Origin: Girardia tigrina
Taxonomy: Eukaryota
Direction of reading: 5' to 3'
Length of the DNA: 53,942 bases
Assembly: GCA_001938485.1 (NCBI GenBank)
Contig: MQRK01241630.1
Location: 23,707-77,648, forward strand
Below the pieces are notes generated by a model. It searched no databases. It was not told where the DNA came from and saw only the letters and a program-made list of their open reading frames with translations. The translations under genes were made by a program, and so were the position numbers. This document shows, one piece after another, positions 1 through 12,171 of this stretch. The first letter of the stretch is position 1. Each line of letters starts with the position of its first letter.

Positions 1-21
1 TATATATATATATATATATAT

Positions 22-650
22 AGTAAAATAATGTAGAGGTCCACTAAGAAAGGATCTTTCAAAATTAGGCCTCTAAGGCCCTGTTTTGACCCATTTTGTT
101 TCTTTCATTTAATATACATTAGAAGTATGTAAAATTCAATAAATTAATTTATTGATTTTGAAATAAATTAATAATAAAATTATTTGACTCTGTGAATAAG
201 GAGAAAAAAACAAAAACAAACGTAAATACATGAAAGAAACAAAATAGGCCAAAACAGGGCCTTAGAGGCCGAATTTTGAAAAATCCTTTCTTAGTGGACC
301 TCTACGTTATAAAAAGAATTATTCTTCCAAATTTCACATTTTTAAGACTTACGGTTTGGGTTCTACGTTGATATATGAATCATTTTTTTTACTATTTTAT
401 ATATATAGATTTATTTCAAAATCAATAAATTAATTTATTGAATTTTACATACTTCTAATGTATATTAAATGAAAGAAACAAAGTGGGTCAAAACAGGACC
501 TTAGAGGCCGAATTTCGAAAAAATCTTGCTTGTTGGACCTCTACGTTATAAAAGGAATTATTCTCATAAATTTCATATTTTTACGACTTACGGTTTGGGC
601 TGTACGTTGATAGATGAATCAATTTTTTTACTGTTTTATATATATAGATT
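22..650. mobile_element. Cluster of non-autonomous Helitron-like (Lep1/DINE-like) repeat fragments: two direct copies plus one inverted partial copy
   Basis: 231-410 and 470-650 are direct repeats, both ending TTTTATATATATAGAT (A|TCTATATATATAAAA on the minus strand, a Helitron-type TC start). 22-169 is the reverse complement of ~410-548. Confidence 0.55.
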
Positions 651-1379
651 GTAAATTAGATTTCAATTTTTCAATTTATTGGCTTTTTTATTTATAAAAT
701 AACTGTAAAATATAAAAATTTATATTCTGAGGGGTATTGGAATGATGTTTGACTGATATTGAGTAATGGTTGAATGAGTTCTATAATATGTTTGAGATTG
801 GTTGGTTATAAAGCATGACATCTTAAAGCATGACATTTTTAAGGCATGAATTTTAATATGTCTACTACCAATTGTATAATTCATTAATTGTTTCGTAAAA
901 ATTAATAAAATATACGATGGTTTTAATGATTGAAAATTTTGGCAAATTTTTGAAGATTCAATTGAAGCAACAAGTCATGCCCCAGAAGCTGATAACAGAT
1001 CATTTTACTCTTAATAAATCTTGTAACAAGACTTATTCTGTTAATCTTCTTAATAGATATAATAACTCTGCCTCAACGCTCACCGGTTTTAAAACCCATT
1101 TAGTTGGATAATTTTATTATAGATTAATGGAGCAATCATAAAATTATTTTCTTAATTTGGTTATTCTTTTTTGTGGCTAATAGAGAAAATAGAACTAAAG
1201 TATTAAGGAACTTAAATGATAATAAACCAGTTAATCTGAAGTGATTGAGTTGAAACGTTCACTGCTGGCCCATTTTTTATTATTTCATCAATGCTGAAAC
1301 TCGGTGAAGTTCGCGATTCCCATGTATGACTTAAGAAGAACGCGCAAGATCCGGTGGTATGTCAGACCGACAATGTAGT

Positions 1380-1885
1380 TATTAAGAACACCAACATGGG
1401 TTTTCAAACTTTTATTTTCCATACAATCAGAATTGTCTTTTGGACAATTCTCAGCAAAACTCTCGTCATTCGACATCGTTCTAAATTGATAAATTTTTGT
1501 TAATGTTTGTTAATAAACAATTATTCGAACAAATTTTTCATTATTTTCAGATTTTATTTTTACAGTTCAAATTTTGTAATTTTAGTATTAATTTTATTTA
1601 CATATTAATTTTATTTAAAAAATATTTTATTGAAAGAAGGAACATTTATTTAATTCAAAACTTAGTTAAAACTATTTATTTATTTAAATTTTAATATGAA
1701 AATTTGAAATGATTTAATATTTTTAAATATCTTATGCTGTACTTTAAAATGTAAACTATATTCGAATAATTATCTATCGTGAACATCTAAAATATCAATT
1801 TTCCATCAGGGTGGGAGAAACACATTTCCAAATACTAAACTCAACATACAAAATTCAACATACCAAATTTAAAATATTCCTCACA
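1380..1885 (-). mobile_element. Solo LTR-like element, TGTGAGG family
   Basis: On minus it begins TGTGAGGAATAT, contains CTCCCACCCTGATGG and ends CTTAATA. Perfect 5-bp TSD GTAGT at 1375-1379 and 1886-1890. Confidence 0.8.
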
Positions 1886-2591
1886 GTAGTTAAAGTAACT
1901 TTGAAAGATGTCTTCAAAACCGGTGAAAGTTTTGATTTTATGCTTATAATTTTCATGAATTTCGATCATCAAATCTCTGACATTACAACACTCAAAATAA
2001 ATTACCCCTTTAAACGGTTTCTCTTCAATTTGTCACCAGTTCAACAAATGATTACACAGAACCAAATCAGTCATTAGCAACTGATTGGTTGCCTAAAATT
2101 ATAATCAATACTATATCAGCCTTATAAAGAAGCAGACGAAATCGATAAAGCCTTAGAATAGTCAAATAGATTTCTTTAACGTTTGTATCATTTGAAAAAT
2201 GTTCGGTAACATAACTTTCAAGTTTTGATAAATGTTCAGGTTTGAATCTATTGGTACAAGTAAAAAAAACTGGCAATCAGTTTCGTTGTTGTTGACTTCA
2301 GATTTGAATAAATTTGGCGATTTATAAAGAAATCAAATAATCAACTGATCGAGTTTGCTAATTTCAAAGTCATTAACAATATTGAAAATTCAAATAATTT
2401 ATTTCAACTCAGATCAAACACATTTTCAAAAACGTTCTTTATTTACATACAATAACAATAAAATTAAAATACTGCGTTAAAACAAACAACGTAAGGCCTA
2501 AGTAAAATTCATTTTTTTTATCTTTTATAAATGTATGTATTAAAAAATTCAATTTGAACTTTTCATAATATAAAAAATATTTTTAATTTAA

Positions 2592-3261
2592 CACATTGTA
2601 ATCGGATCACGTATTAATACGTTTTTAGCAAATTAATGCTAGAGAGCGGATCACGTATTTATACGTTTTTGATAGATTGTTAGTGGAGTGCGGGTCACGT
2701 TAAAATACGGGTTCCAATATACTTGATTTTTCGCTATATAGCGTCTGTAGGGTTGTAGCCATGCAGATAAAAACCTTTTGAGAACAATAGATGGGGTGTA
2801 CGATGGGTACCGAGGTAGTGTTATTCATCACAAAAATAGTCGAAGATAACGGTACATATTACGGTCTACATGCAACACTAAGACGAAGAATAATAATTTG
2901 TTTTAGTTTATTTCACTACTCTTTGGTGGTCGGACGTTGCTAAAAGCTAAATATCGAGTACATAGATTTTTGTGTATAATTTGTAAAATAAAGGATGTTA
3001 TGTAAAAAAATATGATTTTTTTCAAAACTTTCCTACTTTATGTAAAATTCTGCACTAGTTTAACGATGAAGAATACATTTCTAAATATAAAAAAATAAAA
3101 TGTCATAAAATAAATAATTTGCAAAAAGAATTGTTGAAATCAAACAAATATTTTTGAAGTTATCGCAATTTTTCTAGAGGTCTACGTTAGCGCGAAATTA
3201 CGCGAAAAATCACCCGTTACCAGCACTAGTACGCAGCCGAAAACTGCCCGATCACAATGTG
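2592..3261. mobile_element. piggyBac-type non-autonomous element (MITE)
   Basis: TTAA|CACATTGTAATCGG ... CCGATCACAATGTG|TTAA, with three subterminal CGGATCACGTATT-like repeats at 2603-2710. Confidence 0.8.
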
Positions 3262-3986
3262 TTAATATTCCGGAAAATCCGGAAAAAAAAGTCTAAAAAT
3301 AGTTCTTATTTGACGCATAAGTTTGAAGTTGGTTGTTACTGATCTTACTAAAGTAGTTACAAAGTTACAGATATCAAATAATCTTTTGTCGAAATAATAA
3401 ACTTCAGATAAAAGTAAACATTTAAATATCATTTTTTGTTGTAATTCCAAAAAAAATTTTGTTTCAAAAGACAGAAGGAAATTCTTTTACTCCCTCCTAG
3501 TCGGAGTAACGAAACAAATTGTAATTGCTATAGGATATTCTCTCAGTTAACTTTTTTTCTTTTTGCTTTCATCTCACAACTTAATTATATCGTATCTTTC
3601 AACAATATAAGATTCACATGAACAATCAACATTTAATTTGCTTTCGAAGTTTCTTACAATTTTAATTCAGCTAATTTCAGTTTTCGTTGGTCTCAGACAG
3701 AATATGATGCCCTATAAGATCACATTACGATTAATCATTTTTGGGACATTTTTTGAGATTCATCCTCTGTGACAAATTGCAATTCTCGAGAAGCTGTGAC
3801 ATATTTCACGAGTCTGTCTTTGGCGAATCAGTGGCAAATCGGTTGTTATATCCATAAGAATACTTATTGAGAGATATTATTGGTTAAAGAGATTGATGCA
3901 AATGAGTACGACAAGTCTTTCTGAGTACCAATGACAGTTCGAATATTTAGAAACTATTAAATATGCCAATTTGACTGCTTTTCTAA

Positions 3987-5783
3987 ATGAGGAATTTAAA
4001 ATCTTCAGGCGAAATATCAAGTCTCCTTCTTATTATCGTCTTTCTGCCTTCCTCTGAATCAGTGAGAGGATGTACAGTGATGTTGCAAAATCACAAATCA
4101 AATTTCAAGATTGCAATTTGCAATGATCCTGTATCTAACTTACGAGCTGTTCCACGAGACATCCCAATCAACACGATTCAGTTGGAAATCCTATCTCAAA
4201 ATATAACGACTTTATCGTCAAATGAATTCAATCACATCTACCAACTGGAATACCTAAGACTAAGTTCTTGTGGCATTCGTTATATCTCTCCGACAGCATT
4301 CGAGAATCTTAATCAACTGAGAGTCTTGGCTTTGTCGAACAACTCTCTCGTAATTCACGACACAAATAATCTTCAATCAGAAATCTTTCAACCTTTAACT
4401 AGTTTGGTACTTCTCGATCTTTCCTATAATTTTATACAAATGATCCCAAAACATTTTTTCCGATTTTTGGAAAAATCACTTAGAATCTTAATTCTTTCCA
4501 ACTCTAAATCACTTTTTACAATTTTTCCTGACAGTTTATCTGATTTGATTCGTTTAGAAAAACTCGACATTTCCCAGAATAATCTCGTACAGCTCGACCC
4601 GGGCTTTGAAGCCGTCTTCAATAAAATGATTTCCCTTCAAAATTTGATTATTCATGGTAATCCTTGGAAATGTGATTGTAAAATGCGTTGGCTTGTTTTT
4701 TGGTATCAACATAGCACTCTGGCAAACTATCCTGCAGAATCCTTGAGTGAACCCTCACAGCATAGTTATCCTTTGGCAGTGTGCCATTCCCCAAGATCAA
4801 TGAGAAATTCCGTCTTATTAAGACCGATTTCTACGCCGATTAAAAGTAATGAGTTTCCTTGTTTTCCGAAATGTTTGACAAAAGGTACCCAAATAGAGGT
4901 TATGATAGCAGGCAATGTCAGCCTCCCTTGTATGTTCCAATCTAACGAGAATAAACTAAAGATATATTGGTCTCACAACGGAACTACAGTTAAGAGATCA
5001 ACACGAGATTGTGTTATCAAAACCTTTGAAAAAGAATATAAATCAGTTCTTTCTATCATTAATTTTACGTACAACCATTCTGGATTCTGGAACTGTTACA
5101 TCTTATTTGACGACCATGTCATCGGAGCTAATTACTCTCTTCTTCCAAAATTGTTCGGGAAAAATGATAGACATTTTTTCATGAAGGGAGGTTCGACAAT
5201 TAATACTACAAAAACCGTAACTTTCACTCTTTTAGGCAGTATAACCTTGTTGTTTTTACTTTCAATACTTATAGGTTTGGTATATCGTTACTTTTATCAC
5301 TTTAGATCTCGTAAAAGAATAATTAAAAACCAAAAATATTTGTCGAAATCGAATGAAGTGTCGTGGGACAGACACAATTTAATATATAATCGTTTACAGG
5401 AGAATGTTAATTGGAATAGTGGAAGTTTGGAATTTTGGAATTTCCGGTCTTCAGAAACGGATGATGAAAAGACTTATGCTAACTCTGCCGTTTTAAAAAA
5501 TCCAACAATTCTGACTTCACTTTCCACAGATGCTTTCATTGTTTCGTGTCTCAGTAACGAAAATACATCCACAGATTCGCACGTATTCGTCAATGCGTAT
5601 ATAGAATCTCCGGTAACTTTAATCACAAGAACTCCGAGTTCAACACCATGTCCGATTCATGAAGCTCTTGCATCCATGGATTCTTCCAAAAACGACTCAT
5701 TAACTAACTCGATTTACCAACCGTGTCCGTTACATGGGGATGTGCTCTCAGTTCTTTTGCAGACCCCTACCTCACAGTCTTGA
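3987..5783 (+). CDS. Single-exon LRR- and Ig-domain type I transmembrane protein (LIG/Kekkon-like architecture)
   Basis: 598-aa uninterrupted ORF. Hydrophobic signal peptide; Cys-containing LRRNT; ~6 LxxLxLxxN repeats; LRRCT (GNPWKCDCKMRWL...CHSP); Ig domain (VSLPC...IYWSHNG...SGFWNC); TM helix (LLGSITLLFLLSILIGLVY) followed by basic residues; Ser/Thr-rich cytoplasmic tail. Confidence 0.93.
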   Translation: MRNLKSSGEISSLLLIIVFLPSSESVRGCTVMLQNHKSNFKIAICNDPVSNLRAVPRDIPINTIQLEILSQNITTLSSNEFNHIYQLEYLRLSSCGIRYISPTAFENLNQLRVLALSNNSLVIHDTNNLQSEIFQPLTSLVLLDLSYNFIQMIPKHFFRFLEKSLRILILSNSKSLFTIFPDSLSDLIRLEKLDISQNNLVQLDPGFEAVFNKMISLQNLIIHGNPWKCDCKMRWLVFWYQHSTLANYPAESLSEPSQHSYPLAVCHSPRSMRNSVLLRPISTPIKSNEFPCFPKCLTKGTQIEVMIAGNVSLPCMFQSNENKLKIYWSHNGTTVKRSTRDCVIKTFEKEYKSVLSIINFTYNHSGFWNCYILFDDHVIGANYSLLPKLFGKNDRHFFMKGGSTINTTKTVTFTLLGSITLLFLLSILIGLVYRYFYHFRSRKRIIKNQKYLSKSNEVSWDRHNLIYNRLQENVNWNSGSLEFWNFRSSETDDEKTYANSAVLKNPTILTSLSTDAFIVSCLSNENTSTDSHVFVNAYIESPVTLITRTPSSTPCPIHEALASMDSSKNDSLTNSIYQPCPLHGDVLSVLLQTPTSQS

Positions 5784-6429
5784 TGATTATATATTTCTAA
5801 ATTATTTAATATATGATTAAAGACAATTATATCTTAAGAATTTATGAATTATTTATCGAAATTTAAATTAAAACATTCCATAATTCAGTATAGTAATTTG
5901 TGGTTTTGTTATTTTGTCTCTATACTTTTGAGTAAAAAGAGTCGGATTCCCTTCCAAAGAATTTTGGTTTACAAAATTAAGATTATGAAATTTAGGCTTT
6001 GATAGCAGAATTCCTTTTGTAAAAAAGAGTAATAATTAATATGGACCAAGCCAAGTTTTTGTTGACTTCGTTAAATAGTTTTTATGATATTTTCTTGAGA
6101 GTCTTTTGATATTAATAAGTTTAAGATGATTTATAACATCTCATACAAGAAAGATGTAGCAGTAAATTGCACAAAATTCTTTGGAAATATTGTCAAATAC
6201 AAATTTCCATTTCATAGCATAGATATATCTAATTTTACATGTAAAATAATAGTTGTCTAAAAAGTGGTATAAATGTAAATCTGAAAAAGACTATCAAAGA
6301 TCTTTTGATCAATAGTTGCTTCAATTTATTTATTATCAAATCTTAATAAACATGATCATATTTGTGATAATCTTGTAAAAGGTTAACATCCTATAATTTA
6401 TCAACCATAAAAATAAAATACCTTTAAAA

Positions 6430-6762
6430 TTAAAAATTGTTATTATTTTCCATCGCGTCATAATCACATGGCACAGCTTTCGGTGTCGGTATAAAATTTC
6501 GACCACAACGGCCGGCTGGATTATTGCCTTCTTCCGGAAGCCTGTTTCAATAATACGAGGCTGAAAAAGCAGCATTTATGGCCCTAAAGAGGGCCGTTGG
6601 ACCTTCTCGAATCGGAAGGTTTATAAAACCTAACCTATTAAAATCATTTTCCTCTTCGGCATAAAGAGCGCGGAAATCCTCAATGTTTTTCGGAACACCA
6701 TATAACTTGGATGTTCGGCCGAAATTTCCATCGTCGGCAACGAATTCATAATTCATTTTCAT
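6430..6762 (-). pseudogene. Orphan ORF (~110 codons) with one in-frame TGA
   Basis: GC-richer island. The 71-aa ORF continues in frame past the TGA at 6547 for 38 more codons (NRLPEEGNNPAGRCGRNFIPTPKAVPCDYDAMENNNNF). No family recognised. Confidence 0.3.
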
Positions 6763-7332
6763 TATTATAAAAATGAAATGAGAATGATTCGGTCAATCGA
6801 AATTCTTTATTTTCAAATTCAAACTTTTTAAATCTATAATTTCATCTCTACGGTACATTTTATTAAAACAATAATATATATATATATATATATATTTAAC
6901 TTTTAACTGTTAACTTTAAATTAATTTTTATATTAGGAATTTTGCTTTGTATTTACAATTTATTCACAGATTTCTTATACAAGGCAAAATTCCTTAAACT
7001 TATTTTCATTTATTTTATGAACAAAATAAAACATATATAAATATATATATACACATACAAATTTTCCCCGTCTTGATCCGAACCAACGTTTATTCCGGAT
7101 AAAAGATAATAAGTTTGTACTCTGAGCCTACGTTCATTGAAAAGACTACTTTGATCAACTATTTTAATTGTTAAAAACTTATTCTTAAAAAATCATATAT
7201 TTCTCCTTTTTTAAATTTTGGAATAATATACATCCAAATGTTACTTTTACTGTTGAAAATAAGATGGAATGGAGTTTTATTTTTTCTGAATTAATAAAAG
7301 TTTCTTAATAATGAAACCAGTGCCGATTTATA

Positions 7333-9820
7333 CACTTCCAGGGACAATTTTAGTAAACCTAAATACAAGAGAAACATGATAAAAAGTTAATTGATAGCTT
7401 CTAATTTTTGTTTTTAACTTTTCTTAAAATTTTTTAAACTATTAATAAATTAAGTTCTTAACAAAAATGGTTATTCGAAATTGTATCTTGAAAAATTACA
7501 CTTGTTAACGAAATTTTTGAGTTTTTAATATGATTTACAGTTTCTAAATCAGTTTTCCTCCTGATTTCGAATATACTATATTTTTCTCTCAGTTGGCTAT
7601 AAAAAAATTTTTATGTCAATTTTATTATTTTTTCCAAATATTTGCTGTATGTTTATATAAATAATAATTATAAATATAATTATAATTTATATGAGTTCTT
7701 ATAATTTATATATTGTCTTTATTTTATGATAAAACAAACTTATTGAATTGTTTTAATGCATAAAATACATAAAAATTACCAAGTGGCAGTAGTTTGATTT
7801 CCCATATATCATGTAAGGATCAGATGCATAATATTAATTATTATGAAATATACTAATTTTTCAGATTATTTCATTTTTAATTCAGCCTTCTAATGAATAG
7901 GACTTGTAAAAATCATCCAGATAGGTTCTGTTACATCTGTGGATAAGTTAACTTTTCCAAGAGAAAACTCAACATCACTGAATTCGTGAAGAAAAGCTAC
8001 CATGCTTACTTTGGCGTAAAATTAGGTGACCAGGACAAAGCGTTTGTTGCCAGACCTGTGTCAATAATCTCCGTGGATGGTGAAACAAATCGAAGGACTC
8101 TCTTCCCTTTGCTGTTCCTATGGTGTGGAGAGAGGGTAGAGACCACTCTGCTGACTGTTATTTCTGCTTAACAAATCTTGAGGGTAAAATAAATAACATG
8201 AACATTCAACTTTATTAGAGTACATCTGACCATTACTATGTTTTTATGGGTGTGACAACTAAGAAGAAAAAGCACGTTATGTATCCTGATGAACATTTCG
8301 CATGGTCCTGTGTAGCCAATTCCTAAACCTCCTGACTCTTCTTCCACTTCATCATCATCAACCACTAATGTATGCAGTGAAAGTGATGCTTCAGAAGAAT
8401 CACACATGGACCCCAAGCAGCCCAGGCCATTAACACAGGCAGAGCTCAATGATTTGACGAGGGATTTGGGTTTGTCGAAGGATTCTTCACAGCTGCTGGC
8501 ATCGCGACTCAATGAACATTATTTGCTGTCGGCAGATGTGACCTACTACTGGTATCGAGATCGTGAGAAGGAGTTTCGTCAGTTCTTTACAATGGACGAA
8601 GAAGCTTCTTTGGTGTAATGCAATAATGTTGGTGGTCTAATCACAGCATTCAGTGTAGTGTATCAACCTAAAGAAGGGCGTCTCTTTATAGACTCCTCAA
8701 GTCGCAGCTTGAAAGCAGTCCTCCTCCATAATAGCAACAAGATTACCAGTATTCCTGTTGGCCACTCAGTTCAAATGAGCGAAACGTACAACAACATGGA
8801 TCTTGATCTTTGAATTACAAGAGTCACGAGTGGCTCGTTTGTGGAGACATGAAGGTAAGTATTTGATATATTTAACGTTTCATTGAATCTATAATTTTTT
8901 GACATTTATTGTAGGTTGTGGCACTTATTCTGGGTCAGCAAGGTAGATACACAAAAAACCCCATGCTTCTTGTGTATGTAGGACAGTAGGGATGACCAGA
9001 ATCATTTCATTAAGAGTGCATGGCCAGCCAGAGATGAGCTTGTACCCGGTTCTCACAACGTGCTATCACAAATCCTTGTGGATCGACGAAAAATTATTCT
9101 CCCGCCTCTTCACATCAAGCTTGGGCTGATGAAAACTTTTGTGAAGGCACTTCAGAAAAATGGCAAAGCTGTCCTTTTCTTGAAGAAAAAATTCCCAAGA
9201 GTTTTAGAGGCAAAGATACTTGCGGGAATCTTCGATGGACCGCAGATAAGAGAGCTCATGAAAGATCCCAATTTCGACAAATAACTTACGCCAAAGGAGA
9301 AACGTGCATGGACTGCCCTGAAGTCGATTATTCAAAATTTCCTGGGCAACCACCGCAGCGAAGACTACTAGAGAGTTGTTACTGATCTGCTGAAGCATTT
9401 TCAAGCACTCGGTGCTCGCATGTCTATCAAGCTCCACCTTCTTAGCTCTCACCTGGATTACTTCCCAGACAACTGCGGAGATTACAGTGAAGAGCAAGGA
9501 GAAAGGTTCCACCAAGATATACGAGTCATAGAGGAGCGCTACCATGGCCGCTGGGACGTGAATATGCTGGTCGATTATTTCTCGAGCCTGAAGAGAGACT
9601 CGCAAATGCTTCCCATGCCCGCAAAGCCAAGAAGAGACAATTTATTTCACCTTAACTTTTCCTGAATTTGATGTTTTACATAACAATAGAAAAATAGCCT
9701 GTAAAATGTGCATTTAAATAAATTAAATTGTGTGAAAACAGGGGCCAAACGAGAAAAACCAATAACATATTCGGCATCAGCATACCAAAATGGTATACAT
9801 AAATCATATTTTGTTCTGGT
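7333..9820 (+). mobile_element. Decayed Chapaev3 (CMC superfamily) DNA transposon
   Basis: Frameshifted transposase from ATG 7893: CKNHPDRFCYICG, HAYFGVKLGDQDK, LNDLTRDLGLSK, LFIDSS, LPPLHIKLGLMKTFVKA, KLHLLSSHLDYFP, EEQGERFHQD. GT-AG intron 8855-8914. CAC start at 7333; right end not resolved. Confidence 0.85.
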
Positions 9821-11184
9821 TTTATTTTTTACGATATTTATTAATTGAAATATAATTTTAGATCTTTAAAAATATTTGAATGGACATCTCCTGTGAAAAT
9901 TCCATTCCAAAATAATTTTTTCTTTAATTTTAAAACATTGAATTATAAATTATTTTTAATAAAAATTTCAGTGGACAATTAACTTCAATAAAACATTTTG
10001 ATTTTTACTTCACAACTCAATTTTAAAACATTCAATAAATTATTTTTTTAATAAAAATTTAGTTGACAATTAACTCCAATAACAATCTTATGATTGCTTA
10101 TTTTACAACTTTATTTTAAAACATTAATTTTTGTAAAAATATTTATTTTCATTTTGATTTGAGCTTAAATTATAGACATTCATTTTAATCAGACTATATA
10201 TTTTTTTAGTTTGCTTTTCTAAAATTAGTGTAAAATTATTTTAACCTATCTCATCTATAAATTTGATTTTTAATTTAAAAATTCCAAAAATTTAATTTTC
10301 ACTAAAAAAACCCCCTAACATGAATAATGAAACCAGAAAATTGTTTAACCCTAATAAGATAACCCTATGACTAAGTCCTGAAAAGATAACCATACGCTTC
10401 ACGAGTGCATCAAATAGTCGTCAATTCTAACCTGTGGTACTTACTGCATATACACAAACGTCCCACGACACGGTACACTGACGACTGAGTTGACTGAAAA
10501 GAACAACTAAATTCACGCATTGATTAAAAAGAGACAACGATATGTTTATGAACGGCGAGTGCCTCTAAGACGTAAATTATCTATCTGCGACATGGCCTTT
10601 TTTAACATATTTCCTGGGGAGGTATTTGCCCCCCCCCCCNNNNNNAAATGTCCCCCAGTCCAAGGCGAAAGTGATAGACTGGTGAGCAATTTTTTAAAAT
10701 CGATTTTTAAAACTACCTTTCAATTTTTTGTGATCATGACCTCATAATTTTTCAAGAGCAGAAGATTTAAACTTCACTGTTCTAGCAGAAGACTGAACCA
10801 CAAATATAAATATTAGCCCCTTCGCAACAGAAGAATCCATTATCAGCATTTCTCACAATACTATGGAATGGTACAAGCACAGAAAAGTGAATGTAAAATG
10901 GTAAGTAGAAAATAGTAGGGACTGCTTGGAAGCATTTATGTTTTCACTTGCTGAAGGGAAGTGTAAAACACAATATGTGAAATGTAGAGCGTGTGAAAAG
11001 TTTGTGAATGTAGCTTTCGAGTTTGCTTACAATTGCACTGTTTACTTGGCTTATGACTGCAGTGCAGATACAACTGTAAAATTGAAGCATGTCATAGATT
11101 ACCTTGACTCAATCTTCCATAAGGCAGCAGTGCGAAAAGTAGATTCAAATTCATTCCTCTCATCACCATTGGCTGAAATGTTAG

Positions 11185-11608
11185 TGTGAGGAATATTTAG
11201 TTTTTGTGTAGTGTTTGCATGTTTAAATGTTGTGTGTTGGTTTGGGATTGTGCCTCTCCTAATCAGATGGATGATTAATATTTTAATTCTTATAATCTGA
11301 AACTAATTTATTTAAATTTAGATTTAATATTCAAATTTTTAATTTTTATTTTTGTAACTTAAATAATTTTATTGATTTTATTTTTGTAAATTTTTAATAA
11401 CCAAAATCAAATTAATGTTAAAAAATGATTATAAAAATTAATTTTATTTTAGCCAATAAAATTTAAATTAAATGATTTATAGAAAATAATTTTCAATATT
11501 AAACATTGAGTGATATATTTAAGTGCGAGCAATACTATTGATTTTCATAGAGGTGATGAAAATTGTCAATGTAATAAATGTTCTATCAAATGTGTTAACT
11601 CTCTTACA
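11185..11608 (+). mobile_element. Solo LTR-like element, TGTGAGG family, nested in the hAT
   Basis: TGTGAGGAATAT start, CTCCTAATCAGATGG motif and AATAAA near the end; interrupts hAT coding remnants. TSD not resolved. Confidence 0.65.
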
Positions 11609-11770
11609 AAAGTACAGTGCGGAAGTTGTGGAGCTTCTTACCTCATTTGCGTCTTACAGTGTGATAAATACTCCTTCTACCAGCAGCTTGCCCTCAAGGT
11701 ATTTAACTCTAGTACACAGGCCCAAAATTTTTAAAAGTCTTCGCGAAAATGAAGTTATTGCGGGACAGGT

Positions 11771-12171
11771 TGTCGTGTGTAAACGCATCCGCAACATTGT
11801 TGACTTGATCGAGTTTGACGCGTTCGTTAGCGACCGGATGACCGGTACCTAAATCGTACAACCAATAACACGATAAAAGTTGATGTTCAACCTGATTCGT
11901 CCCGGATGTAATTTTAATCGACGTAACAGTCGATGTATTCGATCACTCCGTCTTGATTGTCTTTTGTAAGTGGTATTTAATGAGAACGAGAATTTTCGAT
12001 AAACGCTTATTTATAAACGATGTAGTATCAAATTGATCCTCTATATTGCTTCACTAAACAGATTGGTTTTGTAATTTGAATTTGTGCGTTTTGTTAATTT
12101 TTATTTTATCAATGTAGTTTTAGATTTTTATTAATTTGTTAATTTAGTTCTATTATTTAAATAATTTGTTT
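11771..12171. mobile_element. LTR-like insertion nested in the hAT, related to 50599-50999
   Basis: Starts TGTCGTG. Shares ACCTGA(T/G)TCGTCCCGG(A/T)TGTA (11890-11910) with 50634-50654. Right boundary uncertain. Confidence 0.45.

Noticed and set aside
726-800. Possible ninth TGTGAGG-family start (TCTGAGGGGTATTGG)
   Set aside because: Too diverged; no CAGATGG box or TSD found.
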